Shown piece after piece: positions 13,421 to 26,104 of a DNA stretch of 64,000 bases (position 1 is the first letter of the stretch; every line of letters starts with the position of its first letter). Below the pieces are notes generated by a model. That model saw only the letters and a program-made list of their open reading frames with translations. It was not told the origin of the DNA and made no database searches. Where the stretch lies: the NCBI RefSeq assembly GCF_009914755.1, contig NC_060927.1; one strand, 5' to 3'. The position numbers and the translations under genes are program-made. The stretch comes from the human T2T-CHM13v2.0 reference genome, Homo sapiens.

Positions 13421-13444
13421 CAAATCTAAGTCAACCAGTCCCTC

Positions 13445-13843
13445 TCATCCCCTTGGCTGGCCACATTGATTAGTTCAGCCATGGTCATATGACCTAATTT
13501 TGTCCATGAAGATTTAGCCCAGGAATTGTTTTTTATTGATTGAAATGAGAGATATCTCTCAGACTACATGCTAATAGGGAAATGTTTGACTCCAGTTGCT
13601 TCATCAGCCATCCTCTGATCATGAGGAGAGACTGCAGAAGATGAAATTAATGCCCTGCCTGAAAGCAAGCATGAGAAAAATAAGGAAACCGGGTCTCTGG
13701 GAATGTCATTCAGCCACTGGATCAGACTCACCTGACAGCTGCTCTATCTTTGGACTTTTGTGGTCCATTGAATTCCCTTAATTATGTAAGCCAGCTTGAG
13801 TTGCATTTTTCTGTTACTTGCAACCAAAGCATCTTAACAAATA
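13445..13843 (+). mobile_element. Old MLT1 (J/K/L-like) LTR
   Basis: ggtcatatgacctaat... and 3' end tttctgttacttgcaaccaaagcatcttaac. Confidence 0.65.
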
Positions 13844-14184
13844 AATATATTTCAAGGTTCTAATATTAGGTGAAGAAAAATTCATGACTCACAATGTCTT
13901 AATGAATTATATTTTTTCATAAAATATTATTCTTTGTCCTAGTTAATTAACACTTTAGTCCTTAAATTTTATTTTTTTCTAAATACTACCATGGCCAAAT
14001 CTACTTTCTTTTGTTGGTATTTGCATACCTATCTTTTTCTATGCTTCTCAATGTAAATTTGTCTTTTTCTTCTATATATATCTCTTAGGATAGGATATGG
14101 CCTAGTTAGTCACCTTTTATGTCTTAGAAGTTCTTGATTAATTGAAGACAGGTACAAGAAATCAGATGATAAAGCCAAGAACAT

Positions 14185-14435
14185 ATTGCAACAGAAGCAG
14201 ATTCATGGTTGCCTTGGGCTGGCGGTGTTGGAGGGGTGAGAAAATAGGGAGGGGGAGAATGGGAAGTGATGGCAAGGGGTTATAGAGTTCATCATTTTGA
14301 GTAATATAAATGTTCTAAAATTGATTGTGGTGATTGATGCACCTTTCTGCGAATATGCTAAAAGCCATTGAGTTGTACACTTTCAATGGGTGAATTGTAT
14401 GGTATGTGAATTGTATCTTGAAGCTGTGAAAAAAG
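14185..14435 (+). mobile_element. L1MB-like 3' UTR fragment
   Basis: gattcatggttgccttgggctgg...attgagttgtacactttcaatgggtgaattgtatggtatgtgaatt. Confidence 0.8.
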
Positions 14436-14535
14436 AAGATATTGAATACATAAAACAAGAATAGGATGCTATGGAGAAGAAGCAATTACAAAGCCAGAAA
14501 ATAACTCTTGTAAATTTGAAGTATTATTGTCAAAA

Positions 14536-14580
<45 letters not shown>

Positions 14581-14585
14581 ATATA
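14536..14585. repeat. (TG)n microsatellite
   Basis: Visible TG run with a short TA interruption. Confidence 0.9.
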
Positions 14586-14759
14586 CATATTTAAGCATCT
14601 TATGTTGCATTTTTCTGTTACTTGTAATATTATAGTAATATTTGAAAAAAATACATATACACATTTATTTGTATACACACATGTGCATATATATCTATCT
14701 CTATATGTATAATAAAATTTCCCACAGTATGGGACAATTAGGTAAAAAGGTTTTAAAAA

Positions 14760-15260
14760 ATGAGAGAAAATATAAGAAACCAAGAAAATCAATCCATGAG
14801 GTTGAAATGCCTAATAGACTCAAAAATAGAGGACAGAGAGAAAGGGGCATAAATAGTAAAATAATAATATAATAATAGAAGACAATTTCCCAGAACTGAA
14901 GCACCTGGGTCTTCAGTTTGAAGGGAACTCAAATGCCCAGCATAATGAATAAAAAAAGGCCCATGGGACATCAGCACAAAATTCCAGAATATCAAGAATA
15001 GTGGAAATATCCTACAAGCTTCCAAAATAGGTGGATGCAGGGAAGGGACATTTTGGCATCAGCTGCCTCATCAGGTACTCAGGCTGCCAGAAGAAAGTGA
15101 GGACTGTCTCCAAATTTCTGGGGGAAAGGAATTTTGAACCTATACATCTAGGACAAGCCAATGTTTAAAGGCAAATAGATCTTTTCAGATCTGAAAGGAC
15201 TCAAGGTTGACCTTGCACACATTTTGAGAAATTATTTGGGGTTTCTCTCCACCAAAAAGG
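14760..15260 (+). mobile_element. Ancient L1/HAL1 ORF1-like fragment
   Basis: gaagacaatttcccagaactgaag (EDNFPELK), aaattccagaatatcaag, atcctacaagcttcc motifs. Confidence 0.55.
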
Positions 15261-15644
15261 GGATGCACCTTGAGGAAGGGCTCCAAGAAGAAAGTGAGTC
15301 CATCCCAGAAGGATAAGGAGTAGCAGTCCTTGGGTGACAGCCAAATAGCAGTTAGAGAGTGACTGATCCAAAGAGAAGGAGCGAATTGTCCAGGAACAAA
15401 CCAGAGACTATAGAGCAGCCTCTCCTCCTTGGTGGGGGGAGTTTGCCCAGCAGAGCCTATCCTCAGCTTATTTCCAGGGTCTGCAAGGGTGACTTTCCAG
15501 CAGGCTGCCTTCCCAACACCCAGCCCCCAAGGGCAGATGGTGGAGAAATAACCCACAGACATGTAACTACCCAGATGGATGACCTTGATCAGGTCCAGGA
15601 ACAGAAGAATGAAGGAAGAAGCAGAAGAAAGGAGGTGAGCAGGG

Positions 15645-16099
15645 GTATCAGTTAGCTGTTGCTGTGTGACAAAACACCCCAAGGCTCAGTAGGTTCAAAT
15701 AACAACCGTGTAGTACTGCTCATGAGTCTGTGGGCTGGCAGGATGCTTCTGATCATCTGAGCCGGACTCAGCAGGGCTCACTTGGGTATCAGCTACACAT
15801 CAGCATCTGGGATGGCTCCGCTGCTGCTGAGTGGTATCTTTCTGAGTGGCTAGCAGGCTAGCCCAGAGATCTGAAAGGAAGAGGAAGCATGCAATGGCTG
15901 TTACAGCCTAGCCTCAGAACCTGAATCCCCTTACTTCTGCCACATTCTGTGCACCAAAGTGAGTCACAGGCCAGCTCAGATCCAAGGGCTGAGAAATGCA
16001 CTCTGCATCTTCTCAGGAGTTACTGCACAGTCACCGGGCTGAGGACACATATGCAAGGAGGGCTGCAAAACCATGGCCACTGTTGTAAACAACCTACCA
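15645..16099 (-). mobile_element. MLT1-family MaLR LTR
   Basis: gtatcagttagctgttgctgtgtgacaaaacacccc...gagtcacaggccagctcagatccaaggg...aacctacca. Confidence 0.75.
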
Positions 16100-16165
16100 T
16101 GGGGACGGAAAATAAGGATTTTTTAAAGGTAGCAAAAAGTTACTTCTCTTACCACGTGGGATCTC

Positions 16166-16471
16166 TTTTCTTTTCTTTCCTTTATTTTTGTTCAAGACAG
16201 AGTCTCACTCTGTTGTCCAGCCTGGAGTGCAGTGATGCAATCACAGCTCGTTGGTGCCTCAAACTCCTGGGCTCAAGCAATCTTCCCACCTCAGCCTTCC
16301 AAGTAGCTAGAACTACAGGTACATGCTACTGCAACTGTCTGATTCTTTTTTTGTAGAGACAGGGTCTCACTATGTTGCCTAGACTGGTCTAGAACCCCTG
16401 GCCTTAAGCCATCCTTCTGTCTCAGCCTCCCAAAGCACTAGGATTATAAGCATGAGCCACTGCACCCAGCC
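16166..16471 (-). mobile_element. Alu (AluJ-like)
   Basis: Antisense Alu with ctcctgggctcaagcaatc. Confidence 0.92.
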
Positions 16472-17587
16472 AGATCTTTTTTTCCTCTGTGACCCGGGCA
16501 GAAATGGACCATTTTCCAGATGAGAAATCTAGACCTTCTGTGTGGTGCAGACATTGCCGTGTTCATTTCCCTATATTCCACATATAACGAAGTCTCTGGG
16601 TGGTCCCAGGCTGGAATCCAGTACATCGCTGGAGCAGAGCATTGGACGGGAAACTCTCCCACTGTGGCACGTGGTGGCAGCCGAGGTCTCCAACTGAGGC
16701 TGTCAAGGGAAGGAAGAGCTAGCTCCCCACCCGCGCCCGCTTCTTTGCTGAAGTTGATCTTTCCAGAAACCAAGCATGGAGGTTCTGAGGGTAATGGAAG
16801 TGCCTGCTCAGGCGGAAACTTAGAATTATGCCAGCTGCTCCCTTGGCTGCAAATGGAGACCTTAAGTCACCTTGGAACAGACTCGCCTTATTATCTCTGG
16901 AATCTCCTTAAATTGTATAAATGCAAGGCAGGCCGTCACTGCTTTTTTTGAGAAAGGGTGCAGATTGACCCTCGCTTTCTCTGACTTGGAAATGTCTGCC
17001 CTTCCAAAGAATCCTTAATACACAACGTCAGGGAGAAGGGGGTGGCAAATTCACCCAACGGCCAAGAGCCTGCCAGAAAAAAGGGATTTGGGACTCTGTT
17101 CCCTTCTTTTATTGGAGCCAGAGGCTCTCAGAGAGGCCCCCGGCGGGAAGGGTGGCCAGGCCCCAGAGTGTACCTCTCTGCAAGAGAAGGACAGAGTCTG
17201 GCTGGGGGTGGCCTGAGCAGCCGTGCAGCCTCGGGTTCTTAAACAGGGTGTGGCAGAGGCTCAGGCCCTGTGAGCAGCCAGGCATTCAAAGAGCTGTCGG
17301 CTTAGAGCCTCCCGGAAACACCTGCCTCTGGGGTTCTTGAACAACTTGCGCGGCCGGGAAGCTTGTACGCCCAAGATGCAGGATGCCTGTTAATCGGAGC
17401 AAGCGGGAGGACGAAAGGAAACCATGTGGCAGGAGATGGGCCCCTCTGTGTGCGCAGCTGGACTCGGCCCTTTGCTCGGATCCTAGCACTCATGACAGCT
17501 GGCCTCACGAAGAGGTCCTCTGGTTGGCCTCTGCCTCTCCGATTCCCGCACCCCTTAGAGCTAAGGCCTCTGGCACTCCTCTCTACG

Positions 17588-17635
17588 ACCCCACGGTCCT
17601 TTCTCTGCACCACCCCACGGTCCTTTCTCTGCACC
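17588..17635. repeat. Perfect 24-bp tandem duplication
   Basis: accccacggtcctttctctgcacc x2. Confidence 0.95.
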
Positions 17636-17848
17636 GCCCCCACCCCATCCCTGGGCACAGGGCCTGGCATCAGTAGAGGATTCTTGCGCGAATTCGGTGC
17701 ACGCCGAAACATTCTACAGAACCCATTTCCACTTTCAGCTGCGTGGGCCCGGCAGGAACGCGCTCTTCCTCGCGGGCCAGGCAGGCAGCCCCTTGGGCTG
17801 GACGCAGGTACCTCCCCACAGGGCTTCTCAGAGCGCCAGATCGCAGCA

Positions 17849-17880
17849 TGCACTTCTGAAGGCGGCCGCGAGGTGGCACT
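17849..17880 (+). promoter_or_regulatory. Strong CTCF motif in CpG-rich patch
   Basis: CCGCGAGGTGGCAC at 17866-17879 matches CCGCGNGGNGGCAG-type core; tgcacttct upstream resembles the ZF9-11 upstream motif. Confidence 0.65.
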
Positions 17881-20800
17881 GCGGCTTCTTGGGAAACAGA
17901 CAATGCGAGGTCTCCTTTCAGAGGATCTGGCCTGGGCTGCCCACTGACCCGCGCAGGCGACGGGGACGGGGCACGTGCCTCCCAGGCACTGTCAGTCGGC
18001 CACCCACAGGGACCCAGCACCTCCAGGGCCGGCCAGTCCTGCCCAGAGTGGTTCCCAGGGGAGCTGTGTTCCAGCTCGGTGCCTCCACCTCCAGGTCTTG
18101 ATTTCCTCTTAAAATAAGGAGGATGACACAGATTACAAGGCAATGAATAAGAACACACTCTATGAACTATAAAGCCGGGCAGAAATGCCTGCTGTGGATG
18201 CAGGGATGAAGAGGGACAGGAGAACCCAACGCTGCTCTTAAGGAATGTCCTGGGGGCACGACTAAAACTCACCATGGGCCGAAGGCAGGGTGAGGCTTCG
18301 GAAGTGTGAGAGGCTCCGAAGGCATCCTCCTAAAAGGGAACCATAGAAACTAACAAAGCTAAGCGCTTTGCAGCTGGAACTCATTGAAGCCTCACATCTG
18401 CCTCTGATTCTCTGTAGATTCTCTACCTTAATTATCCCTATTTTACAGAAACTAAGGCCCAGGGAAGCTGTGACCTGGGGGAGCCCTCATGTTAGTGAGT
18501 GGGCAGGAGGGATGCAGAACTGGAAGTGGGGAGAGGCACTGGAGGGAGATGGGATGGAGTGAGAGAGGGCAGGAAGGTGAGAAGGATGCCTGCAGGAGGG
18601 AAGCAGGGGCAGCATGGGGCCCTCGGCAGCCCACAGCTTCTTTCCTTCTCCTCCCAGGAACTCCATCAAGGTCCCATAAAACTGGGGCCGGCACATTGGC
18701 CTCTCAGATTTGGTTACTATTCACTTGCAGAAACCACGTAACCTATAAGAATGCATTTTATTCCTCCACGGCAAAGGTATTGTCTGCTGGTAAAAGCTGC
18801 AGAGTAGTAGTTATTGGAGGTGCAACCGGTTTCTGCAAGTTCTGATATCTGGAGACAGATCAGAAACTAGGAGTCACTGGGAGCTGAGTAACTTGATTAT
18901 TCCACTTCATGTGGTTTCAATTATACATTTATTTATCTCACAGCATTATTTGTGCTTCTCATCCTTCAAACGTGATGTGTGGAGCAGCTGAGAATTTTCC
19001 GAGAGGAGATCTGAGTGTGCTTCTTCCTGCCTGTCTTCCTTCCTTTTTAATGAATACAATAATTAGTGGCTAAATAAAATTCGCCCACAGGATAGGTGCA
19101 TACAACTGCTTCATGAATTGGCAGATGACAGTAACGGGCAGCAAGCCTGGAAAACCTATCACACAGGCTCAGAGCACCTCTTTTGTCAACTTATGACGAA
19201 GAACATCTATAGGCTCAGGAAAGAAAATTCAGCAGCCAGGGAGTGTGGATGAATTTCTTAGGTCTGGCAGACAAGATGTTTATGTCACACACAGGACTGA
19301 AATTCTAAGCCGCAAAGATATCAAGCCTGGGCTTGGAGGAAGATCTGGAGTTTTCTTCATTTACAAAGTCTGTGAATCCTGGATTATCCCACACTTATCC
19401 AAGACACAGGGAAGCAAAAGACACAAGGCTTTTCTTATGAAAAGCAGAACAAGGAAGACTTGGGAGTCCAACAAGTGAGGTTCCAAGACCCAGCCTGCAG
19501 GAGTACGGCTAGGGCTGGAAGTTGTTGCCCATCCCACCAAGACTTGTAGGCCAACCCAGTGTATCCACACTCAGTCTCTCAATGGCAACCACTGATCTTT
19601 TTTTCTGTCCCCATAGTTTTGCCTTTCCCAGAATGTCATAGAGTTGAAATCATCCAGCCATGCTCTGGGATAATTCTTCTGTTATAATCTTCAGATTGTC
19701 AATTTCATTTTCAGCTATATTCAGTCAATTTATCAGCACATCTATTGAGATTGTTTTTCCTAATTTGGCAATCAAGCATTTAATACCTTTTTTTAAAAAA
19801 CAATAGAGACAGTGGTTCGCTATGTTGCCATCTCTTCTGATACTCTTCCTCAGCCCCCTTGGGCCCCTGGTCCTCCAGGGACCACTTATGCTGCAGCATC
19901 TCTGCAGGTCACCCTCTCTCTCAGCAAACGCTGACCTTTCCTTTTGCATTCCAGGCTCTGACATGCATAGCATGTGGATTTTAATTTCAGGAATCCATAG
20001 CTAAGTTTTTTTTTGGAGGGGACACTGGCCAGACACAGATGCAAACAGGCACAAAATTGTGCCAGCCCCATGGTGGTTTGTGGGGGATTTGGGGACTTTG
20101 GGGGACCCAGTCTTCTAGCTCTATTTGCAATGCAAACACAAGGTTTCTACCTAAAGGGTATTGTTTAGTGGGGCTGACAGAGGTTACAGGAGGGATGGTA
20201 AAAGTCCCCCAGCCGCCAAGTGGGGTGGTCCCTGTTCTGATGCAGGATTCTGATAGTGACCTTGAATACAGAGGAGGTGACCCTCTCCTTGCTCCTCACC
20301 TTGGTCAGCCACACCAACAACTGCTCAAAGTGCATAGGGTATACAGAGGTCTTTCCTCAACAATCTGCGCCATTTGGCCAAGTAGGCAACTAGAATGACC
20401 ACTGAAAACTCAGAGGAAGAGTGCCAATTTATAGCTCTCATTATAGTGTAATGTTATTTCCTTAAAAGTTTGTGCACACATTTAATGAACTCATAAAACT
20501 TAAACTATCAGAGTCTTGTGGTGAGGAGGCAGGGTACTGTTCTTGTAACTTCACATTCTAGCAGCTCTGGGTTGAAGCCACCCCTGCAGGGCTGGGAGCT
20601 GGGGGCAGGTGTGTGAGTGACTCCCCCAGGGGGCTCTTCCCAGGCCAGGTGCCCAGACAGTTTCCCCATCTGGGCTCAGGACCTGGGCTAGCAGGGTGCC
20701 AAGCCTCCCCAAGGAGGAGACTCTTCTCCCTCCCCATGCCCATACCCCTTCCTGGGCCTCAGGCCCTGATTGCTATGGTCAGGCCGGCCACTAACCAGGC

Positions 20801-20904
20801 TGCCTCCATTCCAGCTCCACGTCCCACACCCAAGGGCCCAGCTGGCAATGCTCCATGAGGCATGACCAGGCCATGCGGGGTCCTGGAGAAATCTTCATCT
20901 TCTG

Positions 20905-21040
20905 AGCCATGTGGACCTGGTTTCAAATCTTGACTCTGCCTCCTTCTAGCTGCATGACCTCAGGCAAGTCACATGCCCTGTCTGAGCCTCAGTTTCCTCA
21001 TGTGTAAGATGGAAATATCCAACGTGCCAGGTTCCTTGGA
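20905..21040 (+). mobile_element. MIR
   Basis: gacctggtttcaaatcttgactctgcc...gcaagtcac...ctgagcctcagtttcctc. Confidence 0.8.
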
Positions 21041-21083
21041 ATGCTGTATATCATAATAATAACCATTGATACTTGAGTGTTTC

Positions 21084-21736
21084 TGTGGCTGGCCGGGTCC
21101 AGGCTCATTCTGCACGCTTGCAGTAAATCAATCACTGTGACAAATTTTGCAAAAGAGAAGAGAGTTATTTCCCTCAAGGGCGCCAAGTGAGGAGGTGGGA
21201 GAACAGCCCTCAAATCCTCCTGCTGGAAGATAAGGCTTAGGGGTATTTACAGGTTAGGGGAGCGGGGTTCTCTAAGGCTTGGGGGAAAAGGTGATTGGCA
21301 GTGGGGAAATGAAGCAACACATTCATTCTGCACAAGTGCAGTCGGGGTTCATGGTATTTCATAGGACATGTGTACAGAAAACAGCAGTGGTAGCATGACC
21401 TGAGGGGGTAGGTTTTGGCTCTCCGATGTCAAAAAGCCACCTCTCAGGCACTTGTGCAGGCCCAGTTGAAGGGTCAGTGGTCTCAACTGGTTTGAACTGG
21501 ACAGGAGCTGCCCCAAGTTCCTGAAAAACAATGGAAGTGACTATGACCTTGGTGACCGATGAATGTTATCTATAAAGTAGCCAGTGAAGGTTAAGTTTCA
21601 GCATTCAGTGGTGAGGCCTTCGGCTACCACAGACTTTAGCTTCATGGAAAAATGAAAAAAAAAATAACAAAAAGTGAGTGAGTGGCCAAAAGCAAGCGGG
21701 CCAGGCAGCCCCGATCAAATTAACCCCTTGGTTTCA
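21084..21736 (-). mobile_element. ERV1 (MER4-group-like) solo LTR inserted in a MIR
   Basis: TG...CA ends with 4-bp TSD tttc (21080-21083, 21737-21740); flanks rejoin as one antisense MIR. Confidence 0.75.
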
Positions 21737-21740
21737 TTTC

Positions 21741-21865
21741 CTCTTTGCCAGGTATTATTCTAAATCCATTACATGTATTAATTCATACAATCCCATGTCA
21801 ATCCTATAAGCAGGTACCATTATTATCCCGATTTTACAGATGGTGAAACTGAGGAATGCAGAGAT
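21741..21865 (-). mobile_element. MIR (continuation past LTR)
   Basis: attattatcccgattttacagatggtgaaactgagg. Confidence 0.8.
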
Positions 21866-21867
21866 TA

Positions 21868-21932
21868 AAATATATATATTATATATATGTTACATATGTG
21901 TGTATGTATATATATATGTATGTATGTATGTA
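21868..21932. repeat. (TA)n/(TATG)n simple repeat
   Basis: Visible. Confidence 0.85.
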
Positions 21933-22233
21933 TCTCACAAGCTTTCCTTGATGCCCTCTCTGCTCTAAGCAGGACCAATGGCTCGTCCGGCCTCAGCCCC
22001 TGCCGTTCCCAGCCCCTGTGAGTTCTGACAGTGCTCTGGGCTGCTCCAGAGCTCAGGCTGTGAGCTCTTGCCTGGCTGTGGTTGCCCACGCCTGGACTGG
22101 CTCTGAGCATGCTGCAGAGCCCCAGGGCTCCAAGCAGACAGCTCCTGGGAGCAGGCACAAGCCTTTGTTTGAGACAAATCAGGAAGCCCAGCCTCCACCT
22201 GAGTCTGGGCTGCCTTTCAGATCACAGCTCTGC

Positions 22234-22311
22234 GTGCAGGTGTGTGTGTGTGTGCAGGTGTCTGGGTGTGTGTGTGTGTGCAGGTGTCTGGGTGTGTGTG
22301 TGCGTGTGTGT
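22234..22311. repeat. Compound (GT)n repeat with gcaggtgtctgg spacers
   Basis: Visible higher-order periodicity. Confidence 0.85.
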
Positions 22312-22631
22312 AGGAAGACTAGTGAGAGGAAATGGGATGCAGGCTGAACAAGCTCTGCTCTGAGCAACCTCAGCCCCCCTCGCTGAGAGTTCTGTGGCCC
22401 ATTTGGCTTTGCTGCGCCAAATGTTCTCTTTTTACCCTGCTATCCTTGGGCATCCATGTCCTCTGCCTCTCCCACTCCAGCCAGCTCCGCTCAGGAGAGC
22501 TGTGATAAGGGACCACCTTCCTGTGGCACAGCCCCAGGGGAAGCTGCTGGGGCTGTTTGGCCGGCTGAGCAGACATCCACTTGGCTGAATGGTTAAAACC
22601 AGGGCTAAAGCTGAAGCTTAAAACTCTGAAA

Positions 22632-22634
<3 letters not shown>

Positions 22635-22676
<42 letters not shown>
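22635..22676 (+). repeat. Pure poly(A) tract, 42 nt
   Basis: Uninterrupted A run. Confidence 0.95.
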
Positions 22677-22679
<3 letters not shown>

Positions 22680-23082
22680 AAACTGGGGCCAAGGAGGCTG
22701 ATCCTGACTTTCTGCTTGAGCCACTTATGCTTTTCAGCTGATTCATTCCATCTGGAGGCTTTGTTCACACGAGGAATTTCCTGGATGGAGGGAGAGCAGG
22801 TGGGAACAGAGCATGGGGACTGGGAACAATGGACCAAGTAGCTTCGTTGTCTGGACTCACTCTCTCCCTTTCTGCAATTCACACTCTCACACACACACAC
22901 ACGCACATGCTTTATTCACATTGATGCACTGCACACACATACGCCCTGACACAGATGCAGCATACTCACACTGCACACGCAGCAACCCTGTCACAGCCTG
23001 GTCCTGTCAGGAAACAGATGGCTGCTCAAATGGGGTACTTGGAGGGGCTTGGATAAAGGTGTGGGCAGGGCTGGTTTTGTGA

Positions 23083-23150
23083 GGCAGTGCGTCCAGCCCA
23101 GGGAACAAGTTGCCATGGCAGTGCGTCCAGCCCAGGGAACAAGTTGCCAT
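23083..23150. repeat. Perfect 34-bp tandem duplication
   Basis: ggcagtgcgtccagcccagggaacaagttgccat x2. Confidence 0.95.
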
Positions 23151-23324
23151 GGTCTAAAGCAGACAGCCCTTCTGTGCCCTCTGCCAGGGCCTGGTCTATG
23201 GGTGTGTGTGTGACCCACAACTGCCCAATGCCACTCCAGAAGATTGTTGGTGGCTTCCAGAAAACATTTCCTTTGTTCTGAGAGAGAGAGAGAGCTACAT
23301 GAAGGCAGAGCCCTTTTTGCACAG

Positions 23325-24115
23325 AAGAGGGCACAAGCCATAAGTCTCTATGGCCTTCATGTGGTGTTAAGTGTCAGGTGCCCAGAAGGCAAAAGTGGTG
23401 GAGGCTTGGCACCTTTGACCTAGATTTCAGAGGATGCACCAGAAAGCCTGAGTGCCCAGGCAGATGCCTGTCACAGGGGTGGAGCCCCCACAGAGAGACT
23501 CTGTTTAGGCAGTGCCCAGTGGAAATGTGGGGTTGGAACCCCTGCACAGAGTCTCTACGGGGCACTGCCTGGTGGAGCTGTGGGAGCAGGGCCACCATCC
23601 TCCAGAGAGCAGAATGGTAGAGCCACCGGGAGAATGCAACCCCAGCCTGGAAAAGCCACAGGCATTCAACTCCCCACCCCTGTGGCTTTGCTGGGCATAG
23701 CTCACATGGCTGCCCAAGGCCTTAGGAGCCCACCCTTCACACCAGTATGCCCAGAATGTGAGACATGGAGGCAAGGGAGATCATTCTGGAGCTTTAAGAC
23801 TGAATGTCTGCCCTGCTGAGTTTCAGACTTGTGTGGGGCCTGTTACCCCTCTCTTTTGGCCAATTTCTCCGTTTTGGAATTGAGAATGTTTACCCAATGC
23901 CTGTATCGCCATTGTATCTTGGAAGCAAATAACTTGTTTTTGATTTTACAGGCTCACAGCTGTAAGGAACTTGCCTTGAGTCTAAAATGAGACTTTGGAT
24001 CTCGGACTTTTGAGTTGGTGCTGGAACAAGTTAAGACTTTTGGGAACTGTTAAGAAGAGATTATTGTATTTGGCAATGTGAGAAGGACATGAGGTTTGGG
24101 GGACCAGGGAAGGAA
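23325..24115 (+). mobile_element. MaLR MST-type internal region (3' part)
   Basis: cctagatttcagaggatg, gaaatgtggggttggaacccc, ending in a polypurine tract before the LTR. Confidence 0.85.
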
Positions 24116-24899
<784 letters not shown>

Positions 24900-26048
24900 G
24901 GCCACATCATCAACTGTCTCCAGGGCTGCTCCAAAGTCCATTTGCTCCCCAAAGCACAGATTGGACCAGGTCCCTCCTCTGCTCCAAAAGTCAAGACTTC
25001 CCCACTGCCTGCCTTAGGGGCCAAGCTTTGTACCTGGTTTTCAAGGCCACCATCCTCATGATCCAACCACACTTTCCATAATCCCTGCTACATCCCATGC
25101 TCCTAGCACTCTGGGCCCTGTCATATCCTCCCCCATGTCCCCCCTCTCCTTTACCCCGTTAGCCCACTGTTCCCTAACAAAGGGGTCCTTGACAATGGTC
25201 CAGGGATAATTTGGGGAAGTCCATTTAGGCCTAATCCAACTCAAAAGCACTGATGACTCAGGCAAACCTTTTACTGAACATTACACAGAGATTTTGAAAG
25301 AGGGGATTGTATTAGTCCTTTGTGTTGCTATAAAGGAATACCTGAAACTGGGTAATTTATAAAGAAAAGAGGCTTATTTGGCTTATGGTTATGCAGTCTG
25401 TACAGGAAGAATGGCACCAGTATCTTCTTCTGGGGAGGCCTCAGGAAGCTTCCACTCATGGCAGAGGCAAAGGGGAGCAGGTGTCACATAGCAAGAGAGG
25501 AAGTAGGAGAGAGAGGAGAGGTGCCCAACTCTTTTGAACAACCAGCTCTTGCATGAACCAATAGAGTAAGAACTTATTACCACAGAGAGGGTACCAAGCC
25601 TTTCATGAGGGATCTGCCCCCATGACCACCCACTAGGCCCCACCTCAACACTGGGAGTCACGTTTCTTTGTCTTTTTTTTATTTCTTTTTAAATTTTTAA
25701 TTTCCATAGGTTATTGGGGAACAGGTGGTGTTTGGTTACATAAGTTTTTTAGTGGTGATTCATGAGGTTTTGGCACACCCATCACCCGAGCAGTATACCT
25801 GCACACAATTTGTAGTCTTTTATCCCTCACTCCCTTTCCATCTTTTCCCCCTGAGTCCCCGAAGTCCATTGTGCCATTCTTATGCCTTTGCATCCTCATA
25901 GTTTAGCTCCCACTTATGAGTGAGAACATACGATGTTTGGTTTTCCATTCCTGAGTTACTTCACTTAGAATAATAGTCTCCAGTCTCATCCAGGTCTCTG
26001 TGAATGCCATCAATTCATTCCTTTTAATGGCTGAGTAGTATTCCATCA

Positions 26049-26056
26049 TATATATA

Positions 26057-26101
<45 letters not shown>
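26049..26101. repeat. (TA)n microsatellite inside L1
   Basis: Visible. Confidence 0.9.

Positions 26102-26104
<3 letters not shown>

Noticed and set aside
17302-18275. Stack of 130-200 aa ORFs on both strands
   Set aside because: No recognisable domain or splice pattern; explained by GC richness.
20775-20830. Peptide PATNQAASIP resembling NUP210 PVTNQAIAIP
   Set aside because: Short, no flanking similarity or splice sites; likely chance.
22581-22841. Poly-Lys/poly-Phe ORFs
   Set aside because: Artefact of the A42 tract.
23083-23150. 34-bp repeat as a CRISPR-like array
   Set aside because: Two adjacent copies with no spacer, in primate DNA.
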